The notes below the pieces were generated by a model, which was not told where the DNA came from, did no database searches, and saw only the letters and a program-made list of their open reading frames with translations. DNA of 51,395 nucleotides, from positions 1 to 51,395 of the forward strand of contig JBJXGI010000104.1 of assembly GCA_046153645.1 (NCBI GenBank), in the 5' to 3' direction. Both the position numbers and the translations under genes were made by a program. Each line of letters begins with the position of its first letter. Position 1 is the first letter of the stretch. Origin of the DNA: Elusimicrobiota bacterium (GTDB lineage: Bacteria; Elusimicrobiota; Elusimicrobia; F11). Below, piece after piece: positions 17,236 to 27,346 of this stretch.

Positions 17236-18258
17236 ATGAAAATGACAAAAATAGTAACAGCAGGTTTTATGGCCATCGGAATGGCGTTTGGTTCCGTTAT
17301 GCCGGTAAGAGCAGAAACATCATTGAGCGGAGCGGGAGCTACATTCCCTTATCCAATCTACAGTAAATGGTTCGATGAATATCATCGTGAACATTCAGAT
17401 ATCAAAATAAATTATCAATCAATTGGTTCTGGGGGTGGAATTCGTCAATTTACTGCGCGTACTGTTGATTTTGGCGCGACCGATGGACCGATGACGGATA
17501 AACAACTATTTTCTGTTGATGGAAAAGTTCTTCATATCCCCACGGTGTTAGGCGCGGTTGTTCCCGCTTACAATGTTTCCGGCGTAGATGACTTAAAGTT
17601 CAGCCCTGAAGTCCTTGCTGGTATTTTCCTTGGAAATATTAAAACTTGGAGTGATCCTGCTATTAAAGCCATTAATCCAACAGCGACTCTTCCGGATATG
17701 CCTATTACTGTTGTCCGTCGCTCTGATGGATCTGGAACCACTTACATTTGGACTGATTTTCTTTCTAAAGTAAGCCCTGAATGGCAGAAAAAGGTTGGTA
17801 AGGGAACTTCTGTTAACTGGCCAGTTGGACTTGGTGGGAAAGGGAACGAAGGTGTTGCGGGAACCATTAAACAGATTAAAAACTCTATTGGTTATGTCGA
17901 ATTAATTTACGCTAAACAAAATAATATTGACTACGCTGCTGTTCGTAATGCCTCAGGTAAGTTTGTGAAAGCTGACATTGCTTCTGTTACTGCAGCGGCT
18001 GCTAGTGCTGCCAAAAACATGCCCAAAGATTATAGGGTTTCAATTACAAATGCTGCAGGAGATGACGTATATCCTATTGCGTCTTTTACTTGGCTTTTGG
18101 TATATGAGAAAAATCCTGGTGCCAATGGGCAAGTTCTTAAGAACTTTTTAGGGTGGATGCTTGAAAAAGGGCAATCATTAGCTCCTGATTTGGGCTATGC
18201 ACCGCTTCCCGAAAGTGTTAAAAAAATGGTTGAACAAACGGTGAACACCATCAAATAA
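17236..18258 (+). CDS. pstS: Phosphate ABC transporter substrate-binding protein (copy 2)
   Basis: GGAGG RBS before ATG 17236. Same PstS motifs as copy 1. Confidence 0.95.
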   Translation: MKMTKIVTAGFMAIGMAFGSVMPVRAETSLSGAGATFPYPIYSKWFDEYHREHSDIKINYQSIGSGGGIRQFTARTVDFGATDGPMTDKQLFSVDGKVLHIPTVLGAVVPAYNVSGVDDLKFSPEVLAGIFLGNIKTWSDPAIKAINPTATLPDMPITVVRRSDGSGTTYIWTDFLSKVSPEWQKKVGKGTSVNWPVGLGGKGNEGVAGTIKQIKNSIGYVELIYAKQNNIDYAAVRNASGKFVKADIASVTAAAASAAKNMPKDYRVSITNAAGDDVYPIASFTWLLVYEKNPGANGQVLKNFLGWMLEKGQSLAPDLGYAPLPESVKKMVEQTVNTIK

Positions 18259-18261
18259 TTA

Positions 18262-19251
18262 ATGTCTATTAGTACAGTAGAAAAAACAACTTCTTCCATA
18301 CCATCCCCGGCCGCTCCTCTTAATCCTGTTAAGAGAAACCGACTTCAAGAGCGTGCTGGGGATCGGTTATTTCGGTATACCATGATGATGTTTGCTGGCA
18401 TTATTGTGGCGTTGGCCTTGGCGATGGCCATTGTTTTATCTTATGAATCTCGATTTGCTTGGAAAGAATTTGGTTTAAAATTTCTTTGGACTTCGACTTG
18501 GGATCCTGTCGAAGAGATTTATGGTGCACTTCCTTATATATATGGAACAATCGTTTCTTCTTTATTAGCGCTTCTTATCTCTGTTCCCTTGGGGTTGGGA
18601 GCCGCTATCTTTTTGGCTGAAATGGCCCCTAAAAAAATATCAAATGCGCTCATATTTTTAATTGAACTATTAGCGGCAGTTCCGAGTGTTATTATTGGTC
18701 TTATGGGGATTTTTGTGTTGGTTCCCGCGGTTGCTTATGTGCAGCCTTTTTTTATTAAGTATTTGGGTTTTATGCCGTTTTTTTCAGGACAGCCCTATGG
18801 AATTGGAATGTTTTCAGCGGGACTGGTATTGGCCATTATGATATTGCCTTATATCACCAGTATTTCTCGAGATGTGTTGTTGTCTGTTCCCACTCATTTG
18901 AAAGAGGCTTCTTATGGTTTAGGCGCCACTCGTTGGGAAACCATTAAGATGGTTTGTCTTCCTTTTGCTAAAAGTGGAATTTTTGGAGCTATTTTTTTAG
19001 CGCTAGGACGATCGTTAGGAGAAACCATGGCCGTAACCATGGTGATTGGTAATGTTCATAAAATTTCTCTTTCTTTATTTGATCCGGGTTACAGTATGGC
19101 GGCCGTTATTGCCAATGAATTTGCAGAAGCTACTTCTGATATGTATGTACATGCACTTATTGCTATTGGTTTGTCACTTTTTGGAATTACGATTGTCATC
19201 AATGGTTTAGCACGCTATATGATTTATAAAATGGGGAAAACGGCAAAATAA
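18262..19251 (+). CDS. pstC: Phosphate ABC transporter permease
   Basis: IELLAAVPSV, EASYGLGATRWE, LGRSLGETMA, IANEF. Confidence 0.95.
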   Translation: MSISTVEKTTSSIPSPAAPLNPVKRNRLQERAGDRLFRYTMMMFAGIIVALALAMAIVLSYESRFAWKEFGLKFLWTSTWDPVEEIYGALPYIYGTIVSSLLALLISVPLGLGAAIFLAEMAPKKISNALIFLIELLAAVPSVIIGLMGIFVLVPAVAYVQPFFIKYLGFMPFFSGQPYGIGMFSAGLVLAIMILPYITSISRDVLLSVPTHLKEASYGLGATRWETIKMVCLPFAKSGIFGAIFLALGRSLGETMAVTMVIGNVHKISLSLFDPGYSMAAVIANEFAEATSDMYVHALIAIGLSLFGITIVINGLARYMIYKMGKTAK

Positions 19252-19253
19252 AA

Positions 19254-20096
19254 ATGGAAAATTATCAGTCAAGAAAATTTAAAAACAATTTAGTCACAGT
19301 AATAACTGGCGGATTGACAGTTATTTGTTTGTCCTTTCTTTTTATTATTTTGGGTTATATTGTTTTCAACGGTGTGACTTCTGTAAATTGGAATTTTTTG
19401 GTGAAGCTTCCCGTGCCTTTAGGAGAAACGGGCGGTGGAATTGCTAATTCGATTGTGGGATCTTTAAAGGTTGTTGCACTTGCGGCAGCAATTGGTTTGC
19501 CAATCGGAATTTTTGGAGCGGTATATTTGGCATTTTATGGGAAAGGAAGGTTGGGGTTTCTCATTAGATATTGCGCAGATGTATTAAATGGCGTGCCCTC
19601 TATTGTAATGGGAATTTTTGCTTATGCGATTGTTGTTCTTCCGATGGGTCATTTTAGTTCATTGTCTGGAAGTATTGCTCTTGCTGTTATCATGGTGCCA
19701 CTTGTACTGAGAACAACGGAAGAATTTTTGAAGTTGGTGCCGATGAGTATTCACGAAGCGGCACTTGCACTTGGAATCCCCTATTGGAAGGTTATTTTGA
19801 GAGTTGTTCTTCCTACCGCTTCTAGAGGAATTGCCACCGGCGCTATTTTGTCTATTTCTCGAATCGCGGGTGAAACAGCTCCTCTTGTTTTTACCGCTTT
19901 TGGAAATCGTTTTTGGGGAGATGGAATTTTACATCCCATTGCCACTCTTCCCCACACCATTTTTACTTATGCCATTTCTCCTTATGAAGATTGGCACAAT
20001 CAGGCTTGGGCCGCTGCTTTTATTTTAATGATGGTTGTATTAACTGGAAATCTCATCGCGCGAACCTTAATGAAACCTCGAGGGATGTCAAAATAA
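19254..20096 (+). CDS. pstA: Phosphate ABC transporter permease
   Basis: [35 protein letters not shown]. Confidence 0.95.
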   Translation: MENYQSRKFKNNLVTVITGGLTVICLSFLFIILGYIVFNGVTSVNWNFLVKLPVPLGETGGGIANSIVGSLKVVALAAAIGLPIGIFGAVYLAFYGKGRLGFLIRYCADVLNGVPSIVMGIFAYAIVVLPMGHFSSLSGSIALAVIMVPLVLRTTEEFLKLVPMSIHEAALALGIPYWKVILRVVLPTASRGIATGAILSISRIAGETAPLVFTAFGNRFWGDGILHPIATLPHTIFTYAISPYEDWHNQAWAAAFILMMVVLTGNLIARTLMKPRGMSK

Positions 20097-20097
20097 A

Positions 20098-20964
20098 ATG
20101 GGAATTACTATGGAAAAACAAATCGTGGAAAAAGCACCATTAAAAAACAGTGGAAGTGAATTACTATCAGGTATTGTAGAATCTCAAACTCCAATGAAAA
20201 CTGAAGAGAAAAAAAATATTGCGGTTGAAATAAGAAACTTACGAGCAGGATATGGTTCCGGTGACACTCTAAAAGGAATCAATTTGCCTATTTATGACAA
20301 GAAAATCACCGCTATTATTGGGCCATCAGGGTGCGGTAAGTCGACCCTCATTCGGTGTATTAATCGCATGCATGAAATTCATCCCACGGCCAGCACCTCG
20401 GGAGAGATTATTATTGAGAATAAAAATATTTTTGATTTAGACCCTGTTCTTTTACGTCAGCAAGTAGGAATGGTGTTTCAGCGTCCTAATCCTTTTCCCA
20501 CAATGACTATTTTCCAAAATGTTGCCGCTGGCCTTGTATTAAAAGGGGTTAAAGATAAAAATAAATTATCTGAAGTTGTTGAGTTAAGTTTAAAAAGGGC
20601 CGCCATTTGGGATGAAGTGAAAGATAAACTTCAGCAAAATGCGCTTAATCTTTCCGGTGGTCAGCAGCAAAGGTTATGCATTGCGCGCGCTTTGGCGGTA
20701 AGCCCCAAGGTTTTGCTTTTAGATGAGCCTTGCTCCGCGCTTGATCCCATCGCGACGGCTCGAATAGAAGAGTTATTGCTTGAACTAAAACAGAATTTAA
20801 CCATTGCTATTGTGACTCATAACATGCAACAGGCGGCACGCTCTTCAGATTATACCGCGTTCATGTTGTTGGGTGATTTGATAGAGTTTGGTGTCACAGA
20901 TACAATTTTTACAAATCCTGTTGATCAAAGGACACAAGATTATGTCACCGGTCGATTTGGATAA
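20098..20964 (+). CDS. pstB: Phosphate ABC transporter ATPase
   Basis: [53 protein letters not shown]. Confidence 0.97.
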   Translation: MGITMEKQIVEKAPLKNSGSELLSGIVESQTPMKTEEKKNIAVEIRNLRAGYGSGDTLKGINLPIYDKKITAIIGPSGCGKSTLIRCINRMHEIHPTASTSGEIIIENKNIFDLDPVLLRQQVGMVFQRPNPFPTMTIFQNVAAGLVLKGVKDKNKLSEVVELSLKRAAIWDEVKDKLQQNALNLSGGQQQRLCIARALAVSPKVLLLDEPCSALDPIATARIEELLLELKQNLTIAIVTHNMQQAARSSDYTAFMLLGDLIEFGVTDTIFTNPVDQRTQDYVTGRFG

Positions 20965-20995
20965 TTCAAAACCACAATCACAAGAAGGGGGCCGT

Positions 20996-21673
20996 GTGAA
21001 GCGCCACTTTGAAGAAGTTGAAGAAGAATTAAAATATCGTCTCCTTCATATGGGAAGTTTAGTTGAAGAAATGATTCATTTGGCTATTTTTTCCCTCATT
21101 GAAAGAGATTCTTCTCATTTTGAGAAAATTTTTCATATTGAAAAAGAAGTTAATCAACTTCATATTGAAATTGATGACCGTTGTTTTAAACTATTGGCAC
21201 TCTTTCAGCCGACGGCCGCAGATTTACGGTTTACTGTTGGGGCCATCAAAATTAATTCAGATTTAGAGCGAATTGGTGATCAGGCAGTTAATGTGTCTCA
21301 AACCACAGCGATTTTGTTAAAGCATCCTCAACTCGAAAAGAAGCTATTGGATATTCCAAGAATGGCTGAATTGGCTAAACGAATGTTGAAAGACAGTTTA
21401 GATGCTTATGTGAAACGAGATGTGGAGTTGGCTCGGTCTGTTGTTCAAAGAGATTCCGAAGAAGATAAGTTAAAAAGTGAAGCTTTTCATGAATTGCTTC
21501 ACCTTATGCAATCGGATTCCTCCACCATTCAGCGTGCAATGAGTTTGATTTTAATTTCTAGAAACTTAGAGAGAATTGCCGATCACGCGACCAACATCGC
21601 TGAAGACGTTATTTTCATGGTTTTAGGAAAAGACATTCGCCATCACACCGAAGATCAAGAAGTAAAAAATTAA
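20996..21673 (+). CDS. phoU: Phosphate signalling protein PhoU
   Basis: QPTAADLR, DLERIGD, LERIADHATNIAE. Likely GTG start at 20996. Confidence 0.95.
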   Translation: MKRHFEEVEEELKYRLLHMGSLVEEMIHLAIFSLIERDSSHFEKIFHIEKEVNQLHIEIDDRCFKLLALFQPTAADLRFTVGAIKINSDLERIGDQAVNVSQTTAILLKHPQLEKKLLDIPRMAELAKRMLKDSLDAYVKRDVELARSVVQRDSEEDKLKSEAFHELLHLMQSDSSTIQRAMSLILISRNLERIADHATNIAEDVIFMVLGKDIRHHTEDQEVKN

Positions 21674-21739
21674 AGTTGTACTCTCATCCCTCGCAAAATA
21701 AAGGTTACCAACCTTTATATTTTTATTTGCGAGGTAAAC

Positions 21740-22762
21740 ATGAAAAAAATATTTAACCCACCCAGTCCTTTTCATTCTGATCAGCGTGAATTGTTAGAGC
21801 CTGCCAGTGAAGCCAACCTGGAAGTTTATGAAGACCACGCGCGCAGCATCCTTAGTTACAATGAAAGTCCTGATTTAAGCTTTCGCTGGAGCGTTAATCC
21901 TTACCGCGGCTGTTTTCATTCTTGCGCTTATTGTTATGCCCGTCGTTATCATGAATATTTGGATTTAGGCGCGGGAACGGATTTTGAAACTAAAATTGCG
22001 ATTAAAAAAAATGCTGGCGAATTATTAAGAGCGGAGTTTCTAAAAAAATCGTGGAAAGGGGAGTCGATATTGTTTTCTGGTGCTACGGATTGTTATCAAC
22101 CATTGGAGGCGGTGTATAAATTAACCCAAGATTGTTTAAAGGTGTGTGTCGAATATAAAAACCCTGCTGTCATTATTTCTAAATCCTTTTTAGTAACAAG
22201 AGATATAGAGTTGATTCGAGAACTTCATCAGGTTTCGTTTTGTCCCGTTGTTATAAGTATTCCTTTTCTTGATGAGTCAACGGCCCGAAAAATAGAACCC
22301 CAGGCTTCAGCAATAGAGAGGCGTTTTCAGGCTGTTGAAATGTTGGCAAAAGCGGGGATCTCTGTTGGCATTTCTTTGGCACCGACTATTCCCGGTCTCA
22401 ATGAAAATGATATTCCTAAAATTTTAGAAAAGGCTTCATCTGTAGGAGCGAGTTTCGCGTTTCACACTCTTTTACGATTATCTGGAAGTGTTAAAGATGT
22501 CTTTTTTGAAAAGATTAATAAAGTTTTATCAGCGGAAAAGGTTGAGAGAATAACAAAACGCATACAAGAAACCCGAGGTGGAAAAATAAATAATTCAGAA
22601 TTTGCAATAAGAATGATGGGCCAAGGAGTTTATTGGAAGTCTATTCATGATATTTTCCGTATTTATCAGGAAAAATTTAACTTAGCGAAATTTCCTCAAG
22701 AGCCAATTCCTTCTAAATTTACAATTCCTCAGCCACAAATGGAATTTACTTTTCTTGGATAA
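21740..22762 (+). CDS. Radical SAM protein, PA0069/Rv2578c (spore photoproduct lyase-like) family
   Basis: SVNPYRGCFHSCAYCYAR (CxxxCxxC), DFETKI, TDCYQPLE. Confidence 0.85.
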   Translation: MKKIFNPPSPFHSDQRELLEPASEANLEVYEDHARSILSYNESPDLSFRWSVNPYRGCFHSCAYCYARRYHEYLDLGAGTDFETKIAIKKNAGELLRAEFLKKSWKGESILFSGATDCYQPLEAVYKLTQDCLKVCVEYKNPAVIISKSFLVTRDIELIRELHQVSFCPVVISIPFLDESTARKIEPQASAIERRFQAVEMLAKAGISVGISLAPTIPGLNENDIPKILEKASSVGASFAFHTLLRLSGSVKDVFFEKINKVLSAEKVERITKRIQETRGGKINNSEFAIRMMGQGVYWKSIHDIFRIYQEKFNLAKFPQEPIPSKFTIPQPQMEFTFLG

Positions 22763-22791
22763 TGTTTGAGGTTCATATATAATACCTGCCC

Positions 22792-24279
22792 ATGAGTGAT
22801 ACAATAGAAATTCCACGGTGCATGAGCACCCAGCATCCAGATAATGCGCATATTCCTTTTTTTTCTCAAGGCCCCCAAATTGGTGGAGAAGAAGAAGTTC
22901 AAGAGGCGCATTATGTATTCAGCACACTTGGTTGTGACGAACAAATGTGGGACCACGAAGGTAAAGAAGTGGACGCTCATGTGGTTCCAAAATTATTAAC
23001 TCAATATCCCACATTTTTCAAGAAAAAGAAATTAGGTAAAAAAGTTTTTCTAACTCTTCGTGTCCCCAATCCTGCAAGAGAAAAATCTTCTGCTAAAGGG
23101 CTGCTTGAGATTTTAGATAGCATTCCGCGGTCATTTGATGTGGCGAAACAATTTTATGCGCAAGATCTTGCGCCTATTTTTGAAATTATTTTACCGATGA
23201 CCACCAATTCACAAGAACTCAATCGTATCTGGCATTACTATAAAGAATATGTGGCTGGAAAATCAGAAACCCCTGTATTGCCTGGAGATATTACTTTTAA
23301 GGAATGGATTGGCGAGTTTGCGCCAAAGAGCATTAATATTATTCCACTGATTGAAGATAAAGCTTCTATGATTCAGTCGGATCGAATTGTTGATGAGTAC
23401 ATGAAAGGAAAAGATTTACCATACCAAAGAGTCTTTTTAGCCCGATCTGACCCCGCGATGGCGTATGGTTCAACCACCGCTGTTTTATTGATTAAACTAG
23501 CACTCCATAAATTACATAAGCTGGAAAACGCATTGGGTGTTCCAATTTATCCTATTGTGGGGCTTGGTTCTGCGCCTTTTAGGGGGAACTTTAAACCCAC
23601 GAATGTAAGAAGTGAATTAAAAGGTTATCCATCGGTTCAAACGTTTACCATTCAATCCGCTTTCAAATTTGATTACCCTGAAGATTTGATCAAAAAAGCA
23701 ATTCAGTCCATTAAAAAAGTCTCGAGAAGGGCGCCGATTCCCATTGAAAATGAAGAAGCATTTTTAGCACTCATTGAAAAAATGTCAGGTACATTTTCAC
23801 GACAAGTCGAGAAAATGAATGAATTGGTTAATCATGTGGCTAAATTTGTTCCACCTCGGCGTAAACGAAAATTACACACAGGCCTTTTTGGTTATCAGCG
23901 AGCGGTAGCGGGTAAACGTCTTCCTCGGGCGATCAGTTTCTGTTCGGCTTTTTATTCAATTGGGCTTCCCCCTGAGCTTTTAGGATTATCAGAATTAAAA
24001 TCAGCCGATTTTAAATTTATCCAAGAAAATTATCCTAATTTTTATAATGATTTGCGTGAAGCGTTGACTTATTATGATCCGCAATCTTTATCGTTGGTAT
24101 CTCCCAAAGTGGCAGATGACATCCGCCATACCATTCGGGTTTTAAAAATTGATTTTCAACCCAATTTAATTCATCAGTCTTTGGTTCGAGCAATTCGAAC
24201 TTTACTTTACAAAGATGGTGTTGCTAACTTGCCCGAACTGGTTACTCAAGCCGCTCGCGAACGAAGATTTTTAGGTTAG
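22792..24279 (+). CDS. ppcA: Archaeal-type phosphoenolpyruvate carboxylase
   Basis: IPRCMSTQHPDN, EQMWDxEGK, FLARSDPA, GSAPFRG, TIQSAF, RKRKLHTGLFGY, LPRAISF. 495 aa. Confidence 0.92.
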   Translation: MSDTIEIPRCMSTQHPDNAHIPFFSQGPQIGGEEEVQEAHYVFSTLGCDEQMWDHEGKEVDAHVVPKLLTQYPTFFKKKKLGKKVFLTLRVPNPAREKSSAKGLLEILDSIPRSFDVAKQFYAQDLAPIFEIILPMTTNSQELNRIWHYYKEYVAGKSETPVLPGDITFKEWIGEFAPKSINIIPLIEDKASMIQSDRIVDEYMKGKDLPYQRVFLARSDPAMAYGSTTAVLLIKLALHKLHKLENALGVPIYPIVGLGSAPFRGNFKPTNVRSELKGYPSVQTFTIQSAFKFDYPEDLIKKAIQSIKKVSRRAPIPIENEEAFLALIEKMSGTFSRQVEKMNELVNHVAKFVPPRRKRKLHTGLFGYQRAVAGKRLPRAISFCSAFYSIGLPPELLGLSELKSADFKFIQENYPNFYNDLREALTYYDPQSLSLVSPKVADDIRHTIRVLKIDFQPNLIHQSLVRAIRTLLYKDGVANLPELVTQAARERRFLG

Positions 24280-24286
24280 GATTTTT

Positions 24287-24553
24287 ATGCCTGAAGTGGA
24301 CTTGTCGAAAAAAATTCCTGGTAATGCAACCTGGCTTAAACTTCATTATGAAATGAAACCATTAAAAGAGGGCGCCAATCTCATCGCCAGAGTTTGGTCA
24401 GGGAATTTAGATGAGGCGGTGGTTATTAAAGGTAACTCTGGTGAAGCATTTATTAAATTAAATAAACCCCAAATGATTTCGTATCAGAGGCCAGTTAATA
24501 TTGAACTCTCAATGAAGGTCATGGCTTTTAAGACCGGTGAAGAGAAAGAGTAA
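24287..24553 (+). CDS. Hypothetical protein
   Basis: 88-aa ORF with AGGA RBS filling the gap in a co-directional run. Confidence 0.6.
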   Translation: MPEVDLSKKIPGNATWLKLHYEMKPLKEGANLIARVWSGNLDEAVVIKGNSGEAFIKLNKPQMISYQRPVNIELSMKVMAFKTGEEKE

Positions 24554-24570
24554 GGTTATAGGAGAAAATT

Positions 24571-24759
24571 ATGTTTTCAAATATTGGAATGGGTGAATTG
24601 TTGGTTGTTTTGATTATTATTCTTTTGCTTTTTGGATCGAAACGGTTGCCCGATTTGGCCCGAGGCCTGGGACAATCTATCAAGGCTTTTAAAGAAGGAA
24701 TGAATCAATCATCTGAAAAAGGACTAGAGAAACCCAAGGATGATGCCGATAAGAAATAA
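24571..24759 (+). CDS. tatA: Twin-arginine translocase TatA/E
   Basis: GMGELLVVLIIILLLFGSKRLPDLARGLGQSIKAFK. Confidence 0.95.
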   Translation: MFSNIGMGELLVVLIIILLLFGSKRLPDLARGLGQSIKAFKEGMNQSSEKGLEKPKDDADKK

Positions 24760-24772
24760 GGGAGAAACATTT

Positions 24773-25756
24773 ATGCAAATTGGTTTGGTTGGTCTTGGAC
24801 GAATGGGAATGAATATGGGGCGCCGCTGGTTAGGTGCTAAGCATGACGTTGTTGTTTTTAATCGAACACCAGATAAGGTTCAAGAAATTGCCAGAGAAGG
24901 TGCGATTGCTGCCAACTCTCTTCAAGATCTTGTTTCAAAATTAAAAAGCCCAAAATTGGTTTGGCTTATGTTGCCAACCGGAGCGGTGGTTGATGAGCAT
25001 ATTCAACAACTGAAAGGATTGCTTTCAAAGGGTGATATTGTTGTTGATGGCGGAAATAGTTATTACAAAGACGACTTAAGACATTTTGATGAACTGAAAG
25101 AAAAAGGAATTCATTTTCTTGATGCGGGTGTCTCCGGTGGAATTTGGGGACTCAAAATTGGTTATTGCACAATGGTAGGCGGTGAAGAAAATATTTTTAA
25201 ACATATCGAACCCTTAATTAAAGATTTGGCTCCGAAAGAAGGATATCTGTATTGCGGGTCTTCTGGTGCCGGACATTTTGTGAAAATGGTTCATAATGGA
25301 ATTGAATATGGGATGATGCAAGCTTATGGAGAAGGTTTTGAAATCCTCCAAGCTTCTCAATACAAGCCAGATCTTAAGAAAGTATCTCACCTCTGGAATC
25401 AAGGAAGCGTTATTCGCTCTTGGTTGCTTGAATTGGCGGCGGATGCATTAAAAGAAGATCCGCAATTGGGCGAAGTAACTGGTTATGTACAGGATTCTGG
25501 TGAAGGGCGTTGGACGGTTCAGCAAGCAGTAGAAACAGGCGTATCAGCTCCTGTCATAACGCTTTCTTTGTTTGCCCGTTTTGCCTCTCGTCAAAAAGAT
25601 GCTTTTGGACTAAAGGTGTTGTCGGCACTTCGGAATAAATTTGGTGGACATGCACTTATCAAAGATGCTGAAAAACGTAGAACCAGCGCTGGGGCCGGTT
25701 CTTTTGAGGCCGCCGAAGGCCAAAAAGGAGTGAAGCCTGCTGGTTTCGAATCATGA
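24773..25756 (+). CDS. gnd: 6-phosphogluconate dehydrogenase (decarboxylating, short type)
   Basis: GLGRMG, DGGNS, GVSGG, HFVKMVHNGIEYG, DSGEGRW, LRNKFGGH. RBS GGGAG before ATG 24773. Confidence 0.93.
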   Translation: MQIGLVGLGRMGMNMGRRWLGAKHDVVVFNRTPDKVQEIAREGAIAANSLQDLVSKLKSPKLVWLMLPTGAVVDEHIQQLKGLLSKGDIVVDGGNSYYKDDLRHFDELKEKGIHFLDAGVSGGIWGLKIGYCTMVGGEENIFKHIEPLIKDLAPKEGYLYCGSSGAGHFVKMVHNGIEYGMMQAYGEGFEILQASQYKPDLKKVSHLWNQGSVIRSWLLELAADALKEDPQLGEVTGYVQDSGEGRWTVQQAVETGVSAPVITLSLFARFASRQKDAFGLKVLSALRNKFGGHALIKDAEKRRTSAGAGSFEAAEGQKGVKPAGFES

Positions 25757-27315
25757 TTGATCGCCCAGAGACAGCCTTACAGTCAGCCATTCTAGCTTCA
25801 AAGATTTACACCAAACAGGAATTGTGTTTGTTAGAACAAATTCCAGAACCTTGTGGGATTATTATTTTTGGTGCTTCAGGAGATTTAGCTCACCGCAAAC
25901 TTCTTCCGTCTTTATTCCGTCTGTCTTTAGCTGGTCTTATGCCCAAACAATTTTATGTTTTAGGTGTGGCTCGAACGGGAATGACCAATGAATCTTTTCG
26001 CCAAAAAATAAAAGAAAGTTTGCCTGAAGAGGCTATTTCCCCAGCAATGCAAAAATTTTTAGATCGGTGTTATTATGCCGCAGGTGACTATTCATCGCCA
26101 AGCCTTTATCAAAGTCTTAAAAACGCTATTTCCGATTTAGATAAAAAATATTCTATTGAAGGCCGCCGGGTTTTTTATTTATCTACGCCCCCTTCGCTTT
26201 ATTCCGACATTGTATCTCAGTTGGGTGCTTCCAAATTGGCCTATGCCTCTTCAGATCATGAAAAATGCTGGACGCGTGTTATCATTGAAAAACCTTTTGG
26301 AACTTCACTGACCTCTGCTATTAAACTCAATAGCGAGATTAAAAATTTCTTAACCGAGAAACAAATTTATCGCATTGATCATTATCTTGCCAAAGAAACC
26401 GTTCAGAATATTTTGATGTTTCGTTTTGCGAATATTATTTTCGAGCCTATTTGGAATCGAAATTATATTGATCACATTCAAATTACCGCTTCAGAACAAT
26501 TGGGAGTGGAACACCGAGCGGGTTATTATGAGCAAGCGGGTGTTATTCGCGATATGTTTCAAAATCATTTACTTCAACTCATGGCGCTTATTGCAATGGA
26601 ACCGCCTACCAGTTTGGAAGCTGACGCTGTTCGAAGTAAACGGAGCGATGTTTTAGATTCAATCAAACAACTGCGTTCATTAGAATTGCTAGATGATGTC
26701 ATTTGCGGTCAATATGGTCATGGTACAATGAATGGTAAAAAAGTAATTGGTTATCGTGAAGAAGAAGGGGTTCATTCTCTTTCACGTGTTCCCACTTTTG
26801 CCGCCATCAAATTTGAAATTGATAATTGGCGTTGGCAGGGCATTCCATTTTTTATCCGTTGTGGAAAACGAATGTCAGAACGTTTGGTTGAAATTGCTGT
26901 CCATTTTAAACACGTTCCCACTTCAATTTTCAAACCGCTTTTGGCCGATCAACTTTCCCCCAATGTTTTAAAGTTTCGAATTCAACCTGATGAAGGAATT
27001 ACGATGAATTTCGAGGCCAAGCACCCCGGGCCCAAATTATGTATGAGTACCGTCACCATGAATTTTGGTTATAAAGATACCTTCAAAACTCCGATGCCAG
27101 AATCTTACGCGAGGTTGTTTCAAGATTCTATGTTGGGGGATCAAACTCTTTTTGCTCGTACTGACGGTGTAGAGCAATCATGGAGAATTGTTGATCCCAT
27201 TATTGAGTCTTGGGAAAACGATGATCGTTCCATTCCAATTTATCCTGCCGGTTCCTGGGGTCCCATTGAAAGTCAAAAATTAATGGAACGCTATGGTCGA
27301 TCTTGGGATCAATAA
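25753..27315 (+). CDS. zwf: Glucose-6-phosphate 1-dehydrogenase
   Basis: GASGDLA, EKPFG, RIDHYLAKE, DMFQNH. Confidence 0.96.
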   Translation: MIDRPETALQSAILASKIYTKQELCLLEQIPEPCGIIIFGASGDLAHRKLLPSLFRLSLAGLMPKQFYVLGVARTGMTNESFRQKIKESLPEEAISPAMQKFLDRCYYAAGDYSSPSLYQSLKNAISDLDKKYSIEGRRVFYLSTPPSLYSDIVSQLGASKLAYASSDHEKCWTRVIIEKPFGTSLTSAIKLNSEIKNFLTEKQIYRIDHYLAKETVQNILMFRFANIIFEPIWNRNYIDHIQITASEQLGVEHRAGYYEQAGVIRDMFQNHLLQLMALIAMEPPTSLEADAVRSKRSDVLDSIKQLRSLELLDDVICGQYGHGTMNGKKVIGYREEEGVHSLSRVPTFAAIKFEIDNWRWQGIPFFIRCGKRMSERLVEIAVHFKHVPTSIFKPLLADQLSPNVLKFRIQPDEGITMNFEAKHPGPKLCMSTVTMNFGYKDTFKTPMPESYARLFQDSMLGDQTLFARTDGVEQSWRIVDPIIESWENDDRSIPIYPAGSWGPIESQKLMERYGRSWDQ

Positions 27316-27346
27316 TCATTTCTAAACTTCCTCATCAGATGAGTAA

